Source: Salpingoeca rosetta (taxonomy: Eukaryota; Protista; Choanoflagellata). Taken from it: a DNA stretch of 64,000 nt. The notes beneath the pieces are model-generated. The model made no database searches, was not told the origin of the DNA, and saw only the letters and a list, made by a program, of their open reading frames with translations. The DNA lies in assembly GCA_033442325.1 (NCBI GenBank), contig JAWQFM010000005.1, positions 1,675,665 through 1,739,664 on the forward strand, written 5' to 3'. Of this stretch, positions 62,101 to 64,000 are shown one piece after another; the first letter of the stretch is position 1; every line of letters starts with the position of its first letter. A program made the position numbers and the translations under genes.

Positions 62101-63737
62101 GGTGAGGCAGGGGAGGCCAATGGCGCGTGCGGAGATGCGCAGCCTGTACGAGGAGACGAGCTCGTGGTCCAGCGGGCGCGCAATGGACACGGCGCCCGTG
62201 GTGGCGTCGATGGAAAACTGCTCGTCCGTGCGCCCCACGAGGCTGAACTCAAACACGGGCTGCGGGTCGGCGAGCTGCGTGGCCGGCGGCGTGAAGATGA
62301 CGGTGCCAACGGGGCGGTCCTCCGCCACCTGCACAACCGTGTCGGCAACACCGGGGAAGATGTCGCTGTACACGGTGAGCACAAAGTCCACGCCGGCCAA
62401 GGCGGCGTCCTCGTCATCGGCTGAGGCCGCGGGCACGTTGGCCTGCACCGCAATGTACACGGGGTCTGTGTCGTCTGGCGAGCGGTTCAGCGTGAGCCGC
62501 TTCAGCTCGTCCGTGCCCGTGACGGCAAAGTCATAGTCAAAGGGCGACGGGTGCTGGTTGTTGAAAGCGACGTACATGACAGCTGCGCCGCGCTCAGACT
62601 TGAGCTCGATGTTGAGGTTGGTGATCTGGCCGCAGAGCGGGCGGAAGAAGAGCGTCTCGCAGGGGCGGACAACAGAGGACACGGAGTCGCCGGCGGTGAG
62701 GACGGCGGGGGCGTCGCACGTGGTGGCGCTCATTGCGTCGACAATGTCGCCAATGAGGGAGAAGGAGCGCAGGTTGAACACGTGTCGCGCGTCCGGGTCG
62801 CTGGCAATGTCCTCCAGCTGCGACTGGGAGATGGAGGAGCCAACGCCAATGGCAAACACGTTGACGTTCTGGTCGTGCAGGATGGACGCCTCCGTGGCCG
62901 GGTCGTACGACGGCTGCGAGTTACCGTCCGTCAGCACAACCAGCACGCGGGGCACGCCCTCAGAGGCCGGGCGCATGCCGTTGGCCTCCGTGAGAATGTC
63001 CTGGCGCACGGCGCGCAGGCCAAGGGACGTGTACGTCTGGCCCTGCGGGTAGGGGATGTCGGCGATGGCGTCGCGAAGGGCGTCGCCGTCAAAGTGGTCG
63101 TTGAGGCGGATGTTGACGGTGGCGCCGCTGGCAAACGTGGCCACGGCCACGCGCGTGTCGTGCTCGCCAATGGTGAAGTAGGTGGTGACCTGCGACACAA
63201 ACGCCAGCACGCGGTCCTGGAAGGTGCCCGGCGCACCACCGAGCGCGGTGGACTCGATGGAGCCCGAGCCGTCGAGCAGAAACACGAGATCAAGGTTTTG
63301 GCGGCACTGGTCTGCAATCACAGACACGTACAGGGAGTCGCGGCTGGTGTAGGCGACGTAGTCAAAGCCGGCCTCAACAGCCAACCCGCCAAGCACACCG
63401 AGGCGGTCGCTGGCAAAGTCGTCCGGCACGCCCTCAATGGTGATGCGGGCGGCGCGGCCAACGTTGTGCAGCGAGGCCTTCGAGATGTCTGCTGGCGGCT
63501 CGACATACGCCTCCAGCACGCGCACGTAGGCGTCGTCGCCAAACACGCCGCGCACGACCGAGGCCAGCGTGGTGATGTGCCGGCGCAGGCGCTTGCTCAT
63601 GACGCTCGGGTCGCCGTTGGACGTCGGCGGATCGGGCTTGACTGTCTCCGTCGCCGTCAGGTGCTGCAGCGCTTTGAACTCGGGGCACTGCGGCAGAATG
63701 AACTCCAGAATCACGCCGCTCGCGTCAGCCTCGGGGC
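42122..63737 (-). CDS. Giant hedgling-type cadherin receptor (about 6,000 aa visible; 5' end probably outside the window): Hh-N, VWA, 2 cadherin repeats, TNFR/furin-like Cys repeats, TMEM132-like/cohesin, dockerin, EGF, TM, Tyr-rich tail
   Basis: Exons approx. 63737-60210, 59908-59220, 59019-58881, 58717-56643, 56409-(corrupt), 55686-54741, 54471-54328, 54117-52180, 51911-50640, 50450-50290, 50090-50006, 49679-42122; the junctions checked are phase-compatible. Continuity is unverified across 55.7-56.35 kb and the N gap. Confidence 0.8.
43655..43729 (-). other. Single transmembrane helix, preceded by EGF-like domains (~43900-44105)
   Basis: LGIIVGGVLGGLALLVLAVLAVTSL followed by RRRSR; upstream IDYCANDPCQNNATC...FVCNCPPGFTGTMCE. 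Confidence 0.9.
45110..45292 (-). other. Dockerin-type duplicated Ca2+-binding loop domain
   Basis: GDVNADCVFTLDDVTFF ... LDADQDGTIGVLDVDLL: two DxN/DxDGxxxxxD loop-helix repeats. Confidence 0.8.
45480..48900 (-). other. TMEM132-like region (cohesin plus Ig-like domains) followed by a second cohesin-like domain (~45480-45830)
   Basis: PALPVQLTVDDAELNAVTGW...CRQLYQKTRVRAFTSF...IDVTKYV...VATL...GFQPGTVQV resembles the TMEM132 conserved blocks ([20 protein letters not shown]...YQ...DVT). GSLLSFEVRANAG...LVFDVLFNASLVDFV...IATITFTVK fits a cohesin pattern. Confidence 0.7.
48945..61770 (-). repeat. Long coding array of ~25-45 aa Cys-rich repeats (TNFR-like, 'T-C-x3-Y-E-x2-P-T-x-T-S-D-R-x-C', furin-like 'CHPSC..C.G', ephrin-receptor-like 'C..G.FK')
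   Basis: Dozens of CxxC...PTxTSDRxC and CHPSC/CDPSC units in the translated exons. Confidence 0.88.
52428..52527. other. Assembly gap (100 N) with ~250 bp near-identical sequence on both sides (~52176-52427 vs ~52533-52787)
   Basis: Run of n. Both flanks contain cacacctggaagcctggggcgcag...cacggcggttggcgcg; the right copy has two 1-nt insertions close to the gap. Confidence 0.95.
61775..62340 (-). other. Two extracellular cadherin repeats
   Basis: VAEDRPVGT...FSIDATTG...LDHE...VIDVNDNAPVF; VDEGRPRNT...ATDADSG...FAIDGASGVI. Confidence 0.9.
62730..63295 (-). other. von Willebrand factor A domain with intact MIDAS
   Basis: LDLVFLLDGSGSI (DxSxS), TRVAVATF, GQTYTSLGL, VLVVLTDGNS, VFAIGVG, LEDIASDP. 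Confidence 0.92.
63320..63737 (-). other. Hedgehog N-terminal signalling (Hedge) domain
   Basis: ASG...FKAL...DPSVMSKRLRRHITTLASVV...VRVLEAY...SLHNVGRAARIT...LGVLGGLAVEAGFDYVAY...LYVSV aligns by eye with Shh DRLMTQRCKDKLNALAISV...LRVTEGW...SLHYEGRAVDIT...YGMLARLAVEAGFDWVYY...IHCSV. Confidence 0.9.
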
Positions 63738-64000
63738 CTGTTTGTTGGTTGGTTGGTTGGGCAGGGTGGATAGCGCATGTGTGGGTGTGCTTGAATGTGA
63801 GCGAGAGCGAGAACCATCGCGAGTTGGGGGAGGGGAAGGGGGAGTTCATCCCCCCCCCCTTCCTCGAATAGGGAGTGATGTAAGGGCAAGAGGCAACAGC
63901 GCTATGAAGGGACTGCGCACACGAGACGTTGACGATGTGCAAACCACAAAACCCAAGGCGCGTGCGCGGCGCCGTCATTCATGTGCGGACAGAAAAAAGT

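Noticed and set aside
63738-63978. ORF start MTAPRTRLG as the hedgling N-terminus
   Set aside because: No signal peptide; the sequence upstream of the acceptor at 63738 looks intronic, so the true start is probably further upstream.

Overview
Eukaryotic, GC-rich, intron-dense DNA whose introns are full of (GT)n/(CA)n and trinucleotide microsatellites. Gene content and style suggest a choanoflagellate, probably Salpingoeca rosetta (inference). About 11 protein-coding loci are visible: PP2A B56 subunit (runs off the left edge), a RING-H2 protein, a putative GT-A glycosyltransferase, a sulfotransferase, a TAF3-like histone-fold+PHD+bromodomain protein, a BRAP-like zf-UBP protein, a long LRR gene, an H-NOX soluble guanylate cyclase, the C-terminal half of AP-4 mu, a bacterial-type DUF4140/DUF4139-like protein with a partial ubiquitin domain, and a roughly 21.6 kb minus-strand hedgling-type cadherin. 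The last is the highlight: Hedgehog-N, VWA, 2 cadherin repeats, many TNFR/furin-like Cys repeats, a TMEM132-like cohesin/Ig region, a second cohesin, an Arg8 furin-type site, a dockerin, EGF, TM and a Tyr-motif-rich tail. Assembly problems (100-N gap with duplicated flanks, a corrupted stretch at about 55.7-56.35 kb, a possible misjoin at about 38.9 kb) limit some conclusions. All domain calls are by-eye motif recognition, not database searches, and exon borders are manual.
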